A stretch of DNA of 64,000 nt from Acidimicrobiia bacterium. GTDB lineage: Bacteria > Actinomycetota > Acidimicrobiia > Spongiisociales > ZC4RG35. The position numbers and the translations under genes were made by a program. How positions within the stretch are numbered: the first letter of the stretch is position 1; each line of letters begins with the position of its first letter. Under the pieces are notes generated by a model. That model ran no database searches. It saw only the letters and a list, made by a program, of their open reading frames with translations, and had not been told where the DNA came from. This document shows, one piece after another, positions 62,288 to 64,000 of this stretch. Location: assembly GCA_965203555.1 (NCBI GenBank), contig CBDBCY010000004.1, forward strand, positions 1,920,001-1,984,000, written 5' to 3'.

Positions 62288-62544
62288 CCCGAAACCTCCG
62301 GTCGCCACACCGCCACCATCTCCTCTCGACAGTGCCGGGGCGCGGCTGTCTCCGATAAGCTGGCCACTCTCACCGTAAGCTCCGTGCCGCACAGGGTACA
62401 TCGGTAGTCCTGCACGACTTTCACCACCATGGCGGAATCCGGCTTCTCCGGCGGGGCCGCCAAGGCTCGCAGAAACCAAAGGCACAATCGCCAGACTGCC
62501 ACCCCGATCAGGAGGGCGATGATCAGATTCAGGGGGCTGATCAC
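62284..62544 (-). CDS. Small membrane-anchored protein with zinc-ribbon-like motif
   Basis: TM helix then YRCTLCG...PRHCREEM; start GTG 62544 inferred. Confidence 0.65.
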   Translation of the reverse strand: MISPLNLIIALLIGVAVWRLCLWFLRALAAPPEKPDSAMVVKVVQDYRCTLCGTELTVRVASLSETAAPRHCREEMVAVWRPEVSG

Positions 62545-62566
62545 CGCCGGTGAAAGCGTTGGCGGT

Positions 62567-63742
62567 TCAGAGCTTCTCGATGATGGTGGCGTTGGCCATC
62601 CCGCCGCCCTCGCACATTGACTGCAGGCCATAGCGGGTTCCGGTGCGAACCATCTCATGGACCAAGGTGGTGAGCAACTTGGCGCCCGAGGCGCCCAGGG
62701 GGTGTCCCAGGGCTATGGCTCCCCCGTTTACGTTGGTGCGTTCCCAAAGTCCTTCCACATCGCTGCCGCCGTGCTCTGCCCGCCAAGCGCCCACGACCGA
62801 AGAGAACGCCTCGTTGATCTCGAACAGTCCTATATCGTCAATGGTGAGACCGGCCCGATCCAGAGCTTTGGCCGTGGCCGGGATCGGTCCGGTGAGCATC
62901 ATCACCGGATCTACACCCGCCAATGCGAAGGAGACGAACCGCGCCATGGGCGTCAGGTCGAGTTGGGCAGCCCGCTCTTCGCTCATGATCAGGACCGCAG
63001 CCGAGCCATCGGAGATCTGTGAAGAGTTCCCGGCGGTTATCTTGCCGTCCGCCTTGAAGGCGGGCGGAAGACCGGCCAAGGCCTGCATGCTGGTGGTCCG
63101 GCGGATTCCCTCGTCACGGGTCATTATCTCTTCAACTCCGCCTACAGTCACGGTAACCGGTTGGATCTGGGCCTGGAAGCGTCCTTCATCCGTGGCGCGA
63201 GCTGCCTTCTGGTGAGACTGGAGTGAAATCAGATCGAGTTCTTCACGGCTCAGCCCCCACTTGTCGGCGATCATTTCGGCAGAAATGCCCTGAGGAACCA
63301 GGCCGTTGGCATAACGTTCCATCACCTGGGGCCCGAAGGGAAGACCGGGACCCTGCTCAGCTGTGATGCCCATCGGAACCCGGGTCATCGATTCCACCCC
63401 GGCAGCGATTACCGCGTCGTAAGCCCCGGCTATCACCCCCTGAGCAGCGAAGTGCGCCGCCTGCTGCGAGGAGCCACACTGGCGGTCGATGGTGACTCCC
63501 ACGACATCCTCGGGGAATCCGGCGGCCAATGCGGCGTTGCGAGCCACATTCAGGCCCTGCTCGCCGGTCTGGCTCACGCATCCGCAAATCACATCCTCTA
63601 CCAGGCCTGGATCCAAATCGTTGCGCTCTACGAGAGCAGCCAGGGAAATAGCCGCCAAGTCGACCGCGTGGATTCCGGATAGCTTGCCCTTCCGCTTGCC
63701 TGCCGGAGTACGCACGGCATCTACGATTACAGCCGATTTCAT
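62567..63742 (-). CDS. Acetyl-CoA C-acyltransferase (thiolase)
   Basis: RQCGSS, NEAF, GAIALGHPLGASG, CEGGG. Confidence 0.95.
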   Translation of the reverse strand: MKSAVIVDAVRTPAGKRKGKLSGIHAVDLAAISLAALVERNDLDPGLVEDVICGCVSQTGEQGLNVARNAALAAGFPEDVVGVTIDRQCGSSQQAAHFAAQGVIAGAYDAVIAAGVESMTRVPMGITAEQGPGLPFGPQVMERYANGLVPQGISAEMIADKWGLSREELDLISLQSHQKAARATDEGRFQAQIQPVTVTVGGVEEIMTRDEGIRRTTSMQALAGLPPAFKADGKITAGNSSQISDGSAAVLIMSEERAAQLDLTPMARFVSFALAGVDPVMMLTGPIPATAKALDRAGLTIDDIGLFEINEAFSSVVGAWRAEHGGSDVEGLWERTNVNGGAIALGHPLGASGAKLLTTLVHEMVRTGTRYGLQSMCEGGGMANATIIEKL

Positions 63743-64000
63743 CTTCCTCGCTCCTCTCGGGTTCGTCTTGTCGCTAAGAACGGCGTGGAGCCGATGTCAA
63801 CGCTGATTGGACTCTAGTGGTGTTTCTACGCCCTCCAATAGCGCTGTGTCGTCTCTCTCGGTTGGTGTTTCCCCTGTTCATGGCCTATTTGTGGTTGGGT
63901 GTTGTGTCAGGGGCCTTCACCCCATCGCACGGTCGAAAGTGGTACTGGGAGCGGTATGGACACCGACACCTGACGTGATCCCGCCAGAAATCAACCGGTT

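Noticed and set aside
63780-64000. G/T-rich window end as the start of another mobile element
   Set aside because: Composition is suggestive but there is no ORF or terminal repeat to support a call before the window ends

Overview
High-GC actinobacterial chromosomal window; mycothiol-dependent dehydrogenase, CrgA, PAC2 and Eis suggest Actinobacteria, and Acidimicrobiia is only a guess. Two housekeeping/metabolic arms flank a ~19.5 kb defence island. Left arm (1-26.6 kb): partner-switching pair, Fe-S biogenesis genes, glcDEF, argS, tRNA-Phe and tRNA-Asp, peptide ABC transporter. Right arm (46.2-64 kb): mscR, icmF, xdhC/coxDE, aapJ, nhaA, fbaA, crgA, thiolase. The island (26.6-46.1 kb) is bounded by a 52-bp direct repeat of the 3' end of the ABC permease gene whose three mismatches are all synonymous. 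It carries an HTH-PIN toxin-antitoxin pair, a two-HORMA type III CBASS with a Cap4-like nuclease-SAVED effector, a type I R-M system with a YgjP-like gene, and a decayed ISL3 interrupted by an intact IS110 whose bridge-RNA guides and circle-junction promoter can be read from the sequence. The best candidate for an undescribed system is a tightly coupled four-gene minus-strand operon in the island: DdrO/CapH-like cleavable repressor, small helical protein, soluble HExxH metallopeptidase-like protein, and an atypical trimeric-fold dCTP deaminase. It may be a protease-gated nucleotide-depletion antiphage system. All family calls come from motif recognition and recalled sequences; no database searches were run.
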